A DNA stretch of 64,000 nt from Salpingoeca rosetta (GCA_033442325.1 JAWQFM010000007.1:2165638-2229637), one strand, 5' to 3'. Counted from the first letter of the stretch, positions 13,201-27,601 are shown. A program made the numbers and translations. The notes: generated by a model not told the origin, from the sequence alone.

Positions 13201-13776
13201 TTAGCGACGGCGGCGATAGTCGTCAAAGTCATCGTCGTCACGGTGGCGGGAGGATCGGGATCCGCGGCGGTCGTAGTCCCTGTTGGTGAGAATGCCAGAG
13301 CAACAAACGTGAGTGGCCTGAAGCACAGAGAAAAAAACATAAGCAAAGAGCAAACGGGGGGAGGGGGGATGGACTTAACAGCACCGCAGCCAAGCGATCA
13401 GCTTACCGTCGGTCATATCGGTCATATCGGTCATATCGGTCATATCGATCATATCGGTCCCTGCGGTCGTAGCGGTCCCTGTTGCTGCCGCGACGATCAC
13501 GATCCCGGGAACGAGAGCGATCACGGGAACGGCGGCGGTCACGGTCACGGTCACGGGAGCGGCTGTGGCGGCTGCGGCGGCGGTCGTCACGGTCATGCGA
13601 ACGATCGCGGCCGCGGTCACGGGACCTGACGCACGTATGGGCAACGTCAGCGCGGTGAAAGCAAAGCGGTGAGAGGGGTAAGGAACGGCAAAACGAGGGC
13701 CAACGGGCATGCGTGCAACGAGCATGCGTGTGTGAGAGTAATGTATGAGAGGGAGGGAGAGAGAGAGAGAGAGAGA

Positions 13777-13816
<40 letters not shown>

Positions 13817-13890
13817 CAGTGTGTGCGTGTGTGTGTGTGTGTGTGTGAGTGAGTGAGTGAGTGAGTGAGTGAGTGAGTGAGTGTGCGTGC

Positions 13891-13953
<63 letters not shown>

Positions 13954-14137
13954 GTACGATGAGCGTGGTGGCGGGGCGTCCTTGAGCTGCTCCTGCAGTT
14001 GCTTCAGGTGCTCCCTGATCTTCAAATACCCGAGATGAAGCTTCCCACCAAAGTGGTCCGCCAGTCTGACAGGTGTTACACAAGTTCATGCACGAGCGTT
14101 TGTGGCCGATGGAGTGAGTGAGTGAGTGAGTGAGTGA

Positions 14138-14182
<45 letters not shown>

Positions 14183-14459
14183 TGTGTGTGTGTGTGTAGG
14201 GTGCAGCACAAAGGCGCGTTGTCGGTTGGGGGTGGTGGCACTGACGCACCGGCGGTCGTTGTCGAAGATGGAGAGGAAACAACCACAGATTTCACACACA
14301 CGCAGCTTCTGCTGCGTTTGCTTGCCGGTTGATGGGAACATGGCCTTGAACTCGTTCTGTTGGGATGTGGGGGAAGGCGTAGGAGTGAGTGGTGTAAAAG
14401 AGGAAGAAGAAGAATTCCAACAAATCACTGGGCGTAAGTTGAGTTGGTCATTGGTATCC

Positions 14460-14500
<41 letters not shown>

Positions 14501-14593
14501 GGTGGACACACCTGAAGCTCTTCGTGCTTGGCCTTGAGCTCGTTGACCTTCTCCATGAGCTTCTTGGACGCTTCGACCTGGCCATCCTCAGCT

Positions 14594-14640
<47 letters not shown>

Positions 14641-14735
14641 CAAATCAGAAGAATTGTTGTGCGATGGGGGTGAACAGCACGAAAGGCGGAGGAAATGCCA
14701 GAAGCTAAGGGAATATGTGGAGAAAACAGACACGT

Positions 14736-14813
<78 letters not shown>

Positions 14814-15697
14814 ACAGGAAGATAGGGGCTGGCTGGGGGTTCGACACGCAACTGACGGGAGAAGCGGGAAAAAGCGGGAAGAAGCAGCAGGCGTGGAAGC
14901 GCATGCCGTGTGATGATGACCGGCTCGAATATCACGCACACGTGTGACCCGCTCCGCTTCAAGCACACACGATCACAGCTCTTTGGTTGCTGTTGTTGCT
15001 AAGCTGTTGTGGTTGTTGCTGCTGCTGCTACTTCAGAAGCTGGGCAAACGCTCATGGCACGCGCACGAAGCGTGTTGCAGCCCTCGATACAAGAGGTTCG
15101 GGTTGGATGATGGCTGCTGCTGTTGGTGCGGGATGAATCAGCGGGTAGAGCGGCTCAGCGACGACAGCAGCAACAACAAATGGCAACGGCGCTCGCCTAT
15201 GCCCATGCTACTCATGGAACTGACGCGCCAACGAACTGTGTGTGTGGAGATGACGACACTCAGACTTACCTAGCCGCTGCGCCTCGGCGAGTGTCTTGCC
15301 AACCTCCTCCGCAATGTCCTCCACAAGCTTGGCCTGCGCGCCGACAACAACAGAGTTTGTTTGTTTGTTTGTTTGTTTGTTTGTTTGTTTGTTTGAGTGA
15401 GTGTGTACAAGTGAGGGAGGAAATGGGAGCAACCACACTGTGTGCGTGTGTGCGTCTATGTATTTTATTAGTTTGGGTGAGTACGAAAAAAAGGTGAGGG
15501 CTTGCACGTACCTTGGCTGTTGTCTCTGCATCGTACTGCTGCTCCCGCTCCAGCCGAACCCTGTCAGCAACGGGCAAAGGAACATGTGAGTTGCGCGCAT
15601 GTTGACGATAGGCAAGCAGCGTGGACAGCGACAATAGCTCTTTTCACCCTTCCAAGCACACCAGTAACGAACCAAAGCACACACACAGACACAGACG

Positions 15698-15773
<76 letters not shown>

Positions 15774-15977
15774 CTCCCCAAGGCCTCCATGCGCATGTGG
15801 TTGGCTGTGAGCTTACTGCTGCTGGCGAATTTTGTGCTCGGCTTCGTCCACAATCTTCTGCAGCTCCTTCATGAGGTCGTATTCGCATCCAAACGACCTG
15901 CCTTCCTTCAGGCGCTTGGCATACTCTTCCTGCATCTCTGGGATGTGCTGTTTCTCGCAAGGGCCCAGGTCCATTTT

Positions 15978-16016
<39 letters not shown>

Positions 16017-16552
16017 TGCGTTGCGGGTTGCACCGTGAGCGTGGTCGTGTGCTTTAGTGCGGTTTGTGCGTGTGTGTATGTGTACTAGTGTGTGTCAGAA
16101 CAACATGATTTTGACAACATGACACACACACACACACATACACACATACACGTACCGTGGAGCTGAACACTTCATGTGGGCAAAGCCCAGCCAGGTAGAA
16201 CCTGCAGTTCCGCTCATCATCCACGTCCTTCACGCTCGTGCCTTTCATACAGAAAGGGAGGGAGAAGGGGGTGGTGCGAGTGTGCGCGCGTGTGAGAGTG
16301 ATTGTAGTTGTGTGCGCTGACACGAGTGTTTGCGAACAGCAATAGACAGACGCACACACACACGCACACGCACGCATGCACACGCGCATGCACACACACA
16401 CACAGACACACACAGACACACACACACACACATACACACACAGATGCGCGCACACACACACACACATACAGGCAGGCAGACTCACCTGTTCCCATGGCCT
16501 CAGCGCCCATGAGCTCCTCGAGCTGCTGTCGGATGATGTCGCGCGCGCTCAT
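13201..16552 (-). CDS. LUC7: LUC7-like U1 snRNP-associated splicing factor (spliced)
   Basis: N-terminus MSARDIIRQQLEELMG. Zinc finger 1: CRFYLAGLCPHEVF...MDLGPCEKQH. Zinc finger 2: KLRVCEICGCFLSIFDNDRRLADHFGGKLHLGY. RS/RD-rich C-terminus ending at TAA 13201. Confidence 0.95.
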
Positions 16553-16887
16553 ATTGGGTGTTGTGCTGTTGTGTTGCTGGAAGTTTCTCGGCAAAATTGA
16601 CTTTGTGTCAAAAGTCAAAATTGACTTTAATGGCAGCTTGTGTTGGTGTTCTTGTACTGTCTGTTGGTTGTTGGTTGGTTTGTTGACCACCAGTCAACAC
16701 GGAGGGATCACGATGGTTTGAGCAAGAGAAGCAAGCAAGGAAGACAAGCAAGGAAGACAAGCAAGGAAGACCATCAAGGAAGACAATCAAGTAAGGAATC
16801 ACAGCAGCCAATCAACAGAGTTTCAATGTAAATGAGAACAGGGTGCGTGTGTGTGCGTGGTGGTCCTGTGATTAGACGACACGACGC

Positions 16888-19069
16888 TCAAGGCATGTAT
16901 GCGCGCAGGACATCCGTGACAGGAGCACGGCAGCACGGGCACGCGTGACCATCCGCCTAAGGAGGGGGAGTAGGAGGAGTAGGGGAAGGAGTGGTATCGG
17001 TGGTGGTGGTGGTGGTGGTGATGGTAGTGAGAAAACGGGTGGGGACGCACACGTGGCAGATGTACAGAAACAACCGCAAGCATGCATGAGACAAGCGCAA
17101 GCACGCACGGGCACATCCAGTGCACACCGATGACTCACCAGGATCTTCGTGGCGCAGCTGTTGCAGGCGCAGAGGTGTCCGCAGCGGTACATGATGGTGT
17201 CCGCCTGGTCCTGCAGGCAGACAACACACCTGTTGCCCTGAGCGGGACGGGACGCGGCTTGCGGGGGGTTGCCGTGCAGGGCTGCCGCCACCTCCTGGCG
17301 AAGCGAGCGCTCCATGGTGAGCTGGCTCTGGTAGGTTGTCTGCACCAGCGCCACGAGGTCCGCCATCTGCCGCGTGAGGTCGTCCACGCGCCGGGCCAGC
17401 AGCGCTGCACTCCCGCCACCGGCCGCGCTGGAGGAGGAACGGGTTGGCGGGGGGGGGGGGAGTGTGTGTCGACTTGATGAGGTGTCGCATTGACGCGTGA
17501 TTATTTGGTGTGATGAGGATATGGGAACACAAGCCTGTCGTGCTTGTGGTGCGAGGTGTTCCCGCAGCCACACTTGCACTTGCACTCATGCCACACAGAC
17601 AATACAACACATTGAAAATGCTTACGGGGAGGGGCGACGGACAGGCTCAGCCGGCTGTTGCTGTTGCTGCTGCTGCTGTTCTTGCTGTTGCTGCTGTTGC
17701 TGTTGGCGTGGACGCCAGGCTGTGCGGGTGCGAGGGGTGGCTTGGTCTGCCTGGTTCTGGCGGCGGAGACGGGCGTTGCGCAGATGGAGCTCAAGCACCG
17801 TGCGGAAGTTACCTAGACAAGGGTGAAAGCAAGTGGAGGAAGCGCGGAGGTGAGAGGACAACGAACAGTACAGTCATCTGCTGGACGACTTGTGAGCGAC
17901 AGTTGCGACGCAACGTGTTGCGTACGCATGTCATGGGCAACATGTGCAGACACGCACACGCACCTTGCAGCATGTTCTGGACGAGATGGGACGCAAGCAG
18001 CTGCGACAGCTCGTGCTGTGGTCACGACAAGAAGCAGAGCAAAAGCATCAGTAGGCTGACGAAACCCGCAATGCAGCCACCAATACAGACTGGGAATGCA
18101 GCACGAGCACACGCATGCAATAAACATGCGCACGAGCATCGACAAGCGTGTGCTACACAAATACAGTAAAGCAAACATGCAACGCCACATACAACCAAAC
18201 AACCCCATACATCATCAACATCGCCATCGCACCGTCATCTCCGTGTTGCGCGCCCCTGGGCGACGCTGTGGGGCGCGTGCGTGTGCATCTTGCAGGCGAA
18301 CATTTCGCTGTTGTGGGATTGGCGCGCGAACACCGCTGCCAGCATGGCCATCATCGCCGCCGCGGTGTGCCGGTGTGGCTGCTGCCTGACGCTGATGCTC
18401 CTCAGGCTGCGGCCGGCTTTGCGGCAGCGGAAGTGGCGGACGCTGCTGCCGTTGTGGCTGCTGTTGTGGCTGCTGTTGTGGCTGCTGTGGCTGCTGCTGT
18501 GAAGTCTGCGCCGGTTGTGGCTGCTGACTGCCTCCACGGCGGCTGTTGATGGTGTGCGTGATCTGACGCCAGACATCGTAACGTTGGGGCCCGAGGTTGT
18601 GGCTGGCAGTGGCCAGGGAAGCATTGACGTTGGTGATGAAGAAGCGACGCCGAAGCATGCGCGACACCACGCCCTGGCCCCGCAACTCAGCCAGCTCGGG
18701 GTTGCCGCTGGCACCGTCGTCATCACTTCCGTCCTCCTCCTCCTCCTCCGCATGTGCTGCAGTCGACTGCTGCTGCTGAGGGTTGACAGTCCTGCGCACG
18801 CGTGGACGGACCGGCGGTGGGGGGCCGCGACGCGTCGTGGTGGTGGTGGATGAGGACGACGACGAAGATAACGGTGACGGCTCTGGTGCGGCGAACAGCG
18901 CTTCGAGCGCAGCGCGGCGCTCACCTGTCAACACCTCTCGCACCCGGGACTGGAATGGCACAAGGAGGGTTGAGGAAAGAGGAGGAGGGATGGTTGAGCT
19001 GCGGGTAGTGGCGGGGAACAAGCGCAAACACAAACACAAACACAAGCAGATGCCCTGAAAATGTCGCTC

Positions 19070-19113
<44 letters not shown>

Positions 19114-19127
19114 AAGGGTGCAGACAC

Positions 19128-19177
<50 letters not shown>

Positions 19178-19691
19178 TCACATATACATGTGCTGCTCAC
19201 CTGTGTGGCCATGGCTGCGACGTCGTTGAGACGGGCGGTGCGATCGGCCTCGGCCATCTGCGCGTGCGTCTGCGGCGTGACTGCGCCGTGCACCGTGCCG
19301 CCGAAGATGCTGGCCAGCTCCGATGTCCCGTCCTCGCTGCCCGTGTCTGTTTCGCTGCCGTCGTCGCCACTGCCGGCATGGCGGCGCACCGTGCCGGGGC
19401 TGCTGCTCAGCGAGCCCACGGGGGAGTCACCGCCATAGGCGCTGCCGCCGCTGCTGCCGTTGTTGCTGCCGCTGTTGCTGAGCAGCAATTCCTGGAAGAG
19501 GTCAAAGGCCCAGTCTGAGGAAGAGGTGGACGGCTGTGATGAGTGCCTGCTCTGCGGCATGGTGTGGAGCAGCGTGTCAGCGTCCTCATCACCCCCAGCG
19601 CCATCGTGGTGGGCTGCGCTGATGGGTGCAGAGGCAGTGGAGAGCCGTTCATCGTCCTCGTCCTCGTCGTGCTCCTCGGACGCTGACGCGC

Positions 19692-19724
<33 letters not shown>

Positions 19725-20598
19725 GTGTTTGCATGTTGGAAGGCACCCGCAGTAAGCCACAGCTTGGGGAAGTGCAGTCTTGCATTGCAAACTCAATCGC
19801 ACACACGAACATACACACACACACGCACACGCACACACAGACACGGCGTAGGAAACAATGCAAACTGGTTTGCGTACAGGCGTCGCTGGAGGTTCGCCTG
19901 CACGACGCGACGGGCCTCATCCGCAGCGGTGACGCGATGCTGGTGCATGACAAACCGCAGCTCAAACATCTGCGACCTATGCAGTGCAACAATACGAGGG
20001 AAAACACGAAGTTGTGACGGTTCGAGTGAGGTCATGTGGTCATGATTCCCATGCACAGCAGCATGTACTTTCACACACACACAGCACAGACACACAGACA
20101 CACAGACACACAGACACACAGACACACACGCACGCATGCACACCTGTATGCAAGTTGCACGCACTCTGACACGAATACTTACGTCTTGCCGTGCATGACG
20201 AGGCGATGCAAGAGCTCTGGGCTACTCATACGAACCGTGCCAGGACCCCGAGCACCGACGACATCATGACGGTAGCCTTCCTGGTGTGCATAATCCTCGT
20301 TGTCCTCCTCCTCCTCGTCGTCCTCGTGTTCCTCTTGGAGAAACTCGGGGTCGTGGTCTTGGTATTCCTCCTCCTGCTCCTGCTCCTCATCCATGGCAGC
20401 GCGCCGTCCTGCCTCGGTGTCCTCGTCCTCCTGGGCCAGCGTCTTGCTCTGCTTTGGCAACGGGGACCCGCTGTCGTTGTTGTGGCCTTCGTCTTGGCAG
20501 GGGGATTGCGACGGCGTCTCCATGGCGGTGGCTTGTGCCTGGTCCTGTCCTTGTTCGTGTGCTTGAGGCGGAGGCGGGGACGTGTGCATCGACTCCAT
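16888..20598 (-). CDS. RING-HC (C3HC4, neuralized/MGRN1-like) E3 ubiquitin ligase with long low-complexity N-terminus (spliced)
   Basis: C-terminus ERSLRQEVAAALH...CVVCLQDQADTIMYRCGHLCACNSCATKIL|ADGHACPCCRAPVTDVLRAYMP*. Upstream acidic and Q/S-rich exons extend to ATG 20598 (MESMHTS). Confidence 0.85.
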
Positions 20599-21342
20599 CT
20601 TGGCTGTTGGCGTCGCTTGTTGTTGTGCGGTTGCTTTTTGGATTCGGCGGACAGCCTGATTGTCGATCAAAGGGAAGGGTGATGGTCAAGGGGCTGGCGC
20701 GAGCGAGGAGAAAATGAACGCTGCTGCCCGTGCTCCCTCCTTACCTTTCCCTTTCCATCGTCGCCATCTGCTCTCATCTCATCTCACCAAACCAAACGAA
20801 GCAGAGCAGCAGCAGCGACCAGCGAGCGGTGCGCATTGTCCGTTGTCCGCCTTCAAAAACGGGCAAGTCTATTTTTAACTCGGCGCAAGCCAGCCACGCC
20901 CTCAAAGACCAAAACGTGTTCTTCTTGTTTTCGTGTGTGCACCTGTCGTGCTTGCGTCATGGAGGAGTGTGCAGGTTGATTGCTTCATGGTGCGTTGCGC
21001 CAGTGCGCAAGCAAGTTGTTGCTGCGGGAAGGTTTTGTTTTGGTTTCGATGCCTCCACGATTGCTTCTGCAGTAGTGCCTTGCTTGCATTCACATTGCTG
21101 CTCTTGCCTTCCCTGATCCAATCTCCTTCTCCTGTTCACTTTCCCAACCTCTCCTTGCACCTCACCCAGCCTGTGAAACAGCCAACCAAGCAGACCCATC
21201 AACCCAGCCAGCCAAAGAACCAAGCAAACGCACGGCCGAATTGTGAATCACAACATCACATCCTTCCCTTCGATCACCCGCATACGCCCGCACGTCGCAC
21301 ACAAGTCACCACACAGCCCACAAGTCGCCAATACCAACAGCC

Positions 21343-23622
21343 ATGTCTCTTCCAGAAGGCGTGACGGAGCTCTACAACGAGTTCTTTGAGCTGACTCAGC
21401 TCACCGTGCTGCCAAAGCCCGCACTCGGCAAAGTGGTCACCGTGACCGCGGACATGTCCGTGCGCGATGCCACACGCCTGCTCGCCCAACACAACATCCT
21501 CAGTGCCCCCGTGGCAAAGCCAGACGCCAAGGAAGACGAGAGCTGGCTTGACAAATACGTCGTACGTTGACTCGTGTGTGTGTATGTGTATGTGTGTGTG
21601 TGTGTGCTCTCCGTGAATTGTGGCTGTGGGTGAGCATTTCGGGTTTGTGTGTGTGTGTGCATTGTGCATGTGTTTTTGCTTGCTTTGTGCATGTTTGCTT
21701 GCTTTGTGCGAGGGTTGTTTCATCTCTGACTTGCTGCCTCGTTCTCACGCATGCTCACACGCTCACTGCACCATCAACTCCAACAACAACAACAACAACA
21801 CTTTCCTTGATTCACAGGGCACCATTGATGCGGTGAACCTGATGTACTGGATGCTGGACCAAGTGGACGGCGTGCCACCAGAGAGTGTGGAGGACCTCCT
21901 CCGCCAAGAGTTCACCACCAGCCCCATCTCAGAGGTCATGGACGCCGATCCAAGTACGTTGAATGCCATGATGCACCCTCACTCACACCCTGTTTTTGCT
22001 TCGCCGCCTGTGTGTATATGTGTCTGTGTGTCTGTGTGTGTCTGTGTGTCTGTGCGTGTCTATGTGTGTCTGTGTGTCTCGAACTTTCCCGTGTCCTTTT
22101 CTCACTACGGTGCATTTGCTTCGTTGTGTTTGCTTGCATGCAGACACGAGCCGGTTCTCGCCGTTTGTGCCGCTGGATGAGGAGCGCAGCACCATGCTCG
22201 ACGTCATGCTGCTCCTTGGCAAATACGCCCTCCACCGCGCATACATCGTTCACACCTGTCAGTGTCGCGCCAATTGGATGCGTGCGTGCATGCGTGCATG
22301 CATGCGTGTGTGTGTGTCCATATGTGTGCATACATGTGTGTGTGTGAGAACAGTCAGAGTTGCAGTTTGTTCCGTGCATTGTGTTGCTTGCACGTTCTTC
22401 CTTTCTTTCACCATCCCACGTAAACCACCCTCTCCCACCCACCCACAATCCTGTGCACGCCAACTCACCACCACACAACACTGAACACTTCGCATCGCCC
22501 ATGCAGGCGGGGACATCACCAACGTCATCACGCAGAGCGCTGTTGTCAAGTTCCTGCATGAGCACAAGGAGCGCATGGCGTCCACCATGAACCGCACCCT
22601 GAAGCAGCTTGGCCTTGGCCAGAAGGCGCCCGTCACCGTCACTACGGACGACACCTTCTGGACAGCATTCAAGCTCATGCGCGAGAAGGTGCGTGCTTCT
22701 TTTGTATGATTGTGTGTGTATGACTGTGCGTTTATGATTGCGTGTGCATGATTGTGTGTGTATGATAGTGTGTGTGTGTGTATGCTTGTATGACTCTGTG
22801 TGTCCCTCCCTGTGTCTGTCGCCTTGTGTGTGTGTGTGTCATTGTGTGTTCCCGCGCCCTGTTCTCCCACGTGGTCGCTCACACGCCCCTTCTTTCAACC
22901 CCCCTTCCTTCAAAATCCACCCTGCTTGCCAACAGTGCGTGAGTGCGCTGCCTGTTGTGGACGACACGGGCGTGAACGTCGGTGTTGTGTCCTCGCGTGA
23001 CGCGCGCCTGATGATTGTCCGTCCAACCCGCCTTCGCTTCGTCAACCAGCCCCTCAGCCTCTTCAACGACCTCCACGTCGCCCCATTCGACGTCGAGGTG
23101 CGTTCGTGCCGTCGTGTGTTGTGACGTTGTGATCTGCTGCGGCGCTGGGAGTGAGGATGTTGAAAGTGTGTGCTTGCGTGGTTTGTGGTGCGATACACCA
23201 CTTTCCTCTTTGTCTTTGTCTTGTCTGTTGCTCGTTTGTTGCTCGTTTGTTGCTCGTTTGTTGCTCGTTTGTTGCTTCTCTGTTGCTTGTCCTCAGATCT
23301 CTCATCACGTCCCCCCTCCCCCTCGCGCCCTTCTCCACCACCACCCTTCAGACGGTGTGCTGCACGCTTGAGTCGACGCTGGGCGATGTGGTCGACCGCC
23401 TCATTAGCACACAGGTGCACCGCGTGTTTGTTGTTGACGACAAGAAGCACCCCGTTGGCGTTGTTGCCCTTCGCGATGTCATTGCCTGCCTCTGCAAGGA
23501 GCCAAAGGGCAGCGCCATTGCAGACTACTTTGTCGAGCGCTCTGTACGTTCCAACACCCGTGTTTGTGCGTGTTTGTGTTTGTGCGTGTTTGTTTGTGCG
23601 TGTTTGTTTGTGCGTGCATGTG

Positions 23623-23699
<77 letters not shown>

Positions 23700-23817
23700 T
23701 GACTGATGTAATGTGAGAGGTGCCGTATCTACGGGTGCGTTGCTGCGATTGTGGAGCTCAAACACTCATTTGTACTTTTCTCCCTTCTCCTTCGTTACAT
23801 GTGCACAGCCCGCATGA
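21343..23817 (+). CDS. Four-CBS-domain protein, SNF4/AMPK-gamma superfamily, most like plant KING1 (spliced)
   Basis: CBS motifs: LLAQHNILSAPVAKPDAKEDESWLDKYVGTID, MLDVMLLLGKYALHRAYIV, ITNVITQSAVVKFL, VSALPVVDDTGVNVGVVSSRD, VHRVFVVDDKKHPVGVVALRDVI. Short last exon 23809-23817. Confidence 0.88.
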
Positions 23818-24380
23818 ACCATCGACGTCTTCATCGCCATGAACAGCCCTGCATCAGGAGCGGCACACCCAAACAAGCGCGGCGATAAACGTGCTGTTGT
23901 TTGTGCGCACCTTTTCTTAGTTCCCCTTGCTCGACTGCATTGCACCACTTGCTTTTCGTTGAATTCAACAAATCCCTCATGTCGTCACGCCAATGCATGT
24001 GCACAGCACTCTTCGTTGAGACCACTTTGCGCCTGCCCTCTGTCTGTCAGTCTCTGATTTTCTCCGTGCCTCTCTGATGCTTTCATCAACCAACGTGCCA
24101 CACCAACACTTGTGTTTTTCTTGTGTCATCTTGCTCGTTGTATTCACGCGTGCGCACATGTGGTTACCACCCAATGAAGAGGGCCGACAACTTGAGTGGT
24201 GGCGTTCGAATCGTGAACTTGACATGATACGACAGGTGGGAAGCTTATGAGAAACATTGAGAAGGAAGACAGGGGATGGCGAGTGGTGACACAAGAAAGA
24301 TGTGGAAGCATGGCAAGCAGGGCAAGCATGCATTTTCATCGTGTGCTTGTGGTCGCGTGGTGCGGTGCGCACACACGCGT

Positions 24381-24787
24381 TCAGAAGTTTGCGACGTAGT
24401 AGTCCACAAACTCGGCAAAGGTGATGGTGCCATCCCTGTTGGTGTCCAGGATATCATACACCGCGCACGCGTCCGCCTGTTGTCACGAGCAGAATGTAAG
24501 CGGCGTTTGTGTATCGGGGTGTGCGTGCATGTGTGTGTGTGTGCATGTTAAGGAGGGCGTGAGAGTCACTGAAGCCGGTATGACAATGCACAGACAGAGG
24601 CAGACAGACAAGACAGCCACACAACGACACAAAACCACAGCACACAGGCACGCGTCTTACCCAGGAGAGGGATGCGCCCAGGTAGTTGAGTGCCTGGTAA
24701 AACTCGTTGCGGTCGATGGTTCCGGAACGGTCACGATCGTACATCTGGAAGGCACGTGCAGCCGCGCCGCGCTTTTCCCTAACATTC

Positions 24788-24840
<53 letters not shown>

Positions 24841-25788
24841 ACACGCACACAACAGTAAGAGCCAATGGTGATAAGAAGGAAGGACGAGGAAGAGGGAGAG
24901 GAGGGCAGCGTGGTCACGTGCATCGCACACGGCACACGGCACACGACACGGCACAGGTCTAGAAGCAACCGTGGTGTCACAGCCGTGGTGTTGCACACGT
25001 GTGGTGCAAGGCGCAAGCGAACAAAACAGCAAACAAGCCCTCACCACACACCCACCCACACCCACACCCACACCCACACCCACACCCACACACCCACACC
25101 CACACCCACACCCACACCCACACACACACACACACACATCACCGGCGTGGTCATCACCATCAATCTCAATAGCAACAGCACATGCAGCAATCAGTACATA
25201 CGCTGTGGGCACGCGGTGGAGGCCACCAGCAGACGGCTGCTGTGCTTGCGGATACCCTTGTGGTGGCGGGGCACCGGGCTGTGGAGGATATCCATAAGCC
25301 TGCTGCTGCTGCGGCTGCTGATACGGCTGCTGCTGGTACGACTGGTGCGGCTGGTGCGGGTATGGCTGCTGTGCTGGTGGCGGGTATGAGGATGAGGCCG
25401 GCGGTGCATATGAGCTACCTGGGGCGCTTGGATACCCCTGCTGTTGCGGTGGCTGCTGCACATACGGCGCTTGCTGTGGTGGGTATTGCTGGTGCGGCTG
25501 CTGTTGGTGTGGTGGCGGCGGGCCACCTGGATATGCGCTCTGCTGGTACTGGCTCGGATATGACGAGGATCCGGACGGCTGTGGTGGCGCGTGTGAGCCC
25601 GGGTACTGCGACTGTGGTGGCTGCATTGGCAGGTGCGGGGGCTGGCTGGAGGACGCCGGGGGTGTTGGCATGGGCAGGTGTGGGGCTGCCGGTGGGCGCG
25701 CAGGCTGCTGGGGCGGCTGCTGCTGCTGCTGCTGGTAAGGAGAAGCAACCGGGTAAGGTGTACTTGCAGGTGCTGGGGAAACATGGCG

Positions 25789-25854
<66 letters not shown>

Positions 25855-26282
25855 TTGATGGTGGTGGTGGTGATAGATGGACGTGCGTGTGTTGTGTGTT
25901 TGCGTGTGGGGTTTGTTTGTTTTTGTGTTCATGTATGGGTGTGTGTCGTATCGTGGTGTGTGTGTGTGTGTGTTCGTGTTGTATTTATGTATGTATGTGT
26001 GTGTGTGTTCGTGTTGTATTTATGTGTGTGTTCGTGTTGTATTTATGTGTGTGTGTGTGTTGTTGTGTGTGTCGTGTATCGTTGTGTGGTTCATGAATGT
26101 AATGGTGTGTGCATGCGTTGTGTGCGTGCGTGGGTGCGTGGTATGTGCATGTGATATAAACGAAACAATGAAATTCATTGGCAAGGGTTGGTGGATTGAA
26201 TGGGTGCATTGTTGATGTGGGGTGTGACTGTAGTCTCCATGACTTAATGTGCTGCTTCCTCCTCTATGGACAGCACAACGTG

Positions 26283-26361
<79 letters not shown>

Positions 26362-26666
26362 AGTGTTTTTGGTGGGCTGCGGGTGCGCGCGGCTTACGTT
26401 GTTGGCGTGGATCGTCGTACGTTGTGCGACGCAGGTTGTGGTCCACAAAGTATGGCCGTCCGTTGCCATCATACCGCATCTCCCACCCCTGAGTGTTGTC
26501 GTGGTGATGTTGACATTCAAAACCAAGCGTGGACATGGTGAGTTGTGGCACAAGGCAGCTAATGAGGCAGTCGGCGAGGTAGCACACGTGTAACAAAGCA
26601 AACGTGCACCACCGCTCATCAGGCAACTCCCACACTCACAGGGGGGAGGGCCTGTTGCGACGACAT
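24381..26666 (-). CDS. WW domain + Pro/Gln/Tyr-rich linker + EF-hand pair protein (spliced)
   Basis: WW domain: MSSQQALPP|GWEMRYDGNGRPYFVDHNLRRTTYDDPR. P/Q/Y-rich exon 25202-25772. Canonical EF-hand loops DRDRSGTIDRNE and DTNRDGTITFAE. Stop at 24381. Confidence 0.88.
25788..25852. repeat. (TTG)n microsatellite
   Basis: Perfect trinucleotide run in an intron of the WW/EF-hand gene. Confidence 0.9.
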
Positions 26667-27111
26667 GGGTTTCTTCTTTGGGTGCGTGTGTGCGTGCGTG
26701 CGTGTGGTGTGTGGGCGTTGGCGAAAAGTGGTGCGTGGTATTGGCACAAGGACGCGGGATCGTTTAATTGATGAGTCATCACCATCGCAACCAAAACAAA
26801 AACGCACAACTCTTCGTTCTCTCGAAGGCTCTTGTTTGGATGCTCCACTCTCACATCCTACACCCTGCCTCTCTCTCTCCCTCTTACCCACGCCAAACCC
26901 CTCTTCCTCACACTCTCGCTCACTCATACTCACTTTTGCTCGCCCAATCACACCCACACCCACTTCCAGCACAGAAAAACAGGGCAAGGCGCAACAAAAC
27001 ATGAAACCAGAGCCGCCTCCGCCTCCTCCTCCTCCTCATCACCATCACCTGAAACAAGAGTGTGTTGTAACAACATCAAATTCACATCAGCACATCCGCA
27101 CGGCCATGGCA

Positions 27112-27372
27112 TCAGGCAAACTCGTCCACGTTCTGGTATTCGACCTCCTTCTGGTCCAGCACGCTGCTGCCGCCCTCGTTTGCCTGCTGCGCCTGCAGGG
27201 TTCGCAGCTGGTCCACGCTCGCATACTGTGTGTCCTCCTGCGGCCGCTGCCCGCGCACCGTCTCCCGGAACGCCCCGCCACTGATGCCACCAGATGCAGC
27301 GGTCCCGGTACCGGTCTGGTCAATGCCACCTTCCGCAGACCCTTGCACGAACTTGAGGTCTGCGTAGATGAG

Positions 27373-27463
<91 letters not shown>

Positions 27464-27568
27464 GGCGAAAGGGGGTGGGGAACGGATTGTGTCAGTGAGA
27501 GGGTGAGCGTTGGGTCACGGCCACAAGGAGGCGCACGGAGACAGACACACACACACATGCACACGCAT

Positions 27569-27601
<33 letters not shown>

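Noticed and set aside
25773-25932. Poly-Q tract at the start of ORF 24454-25932
   Set aside because: The (CAA)n run lies upstream of the acceptor AG (25773-25774) that fits the phase of the WW exon, so it is intronic.
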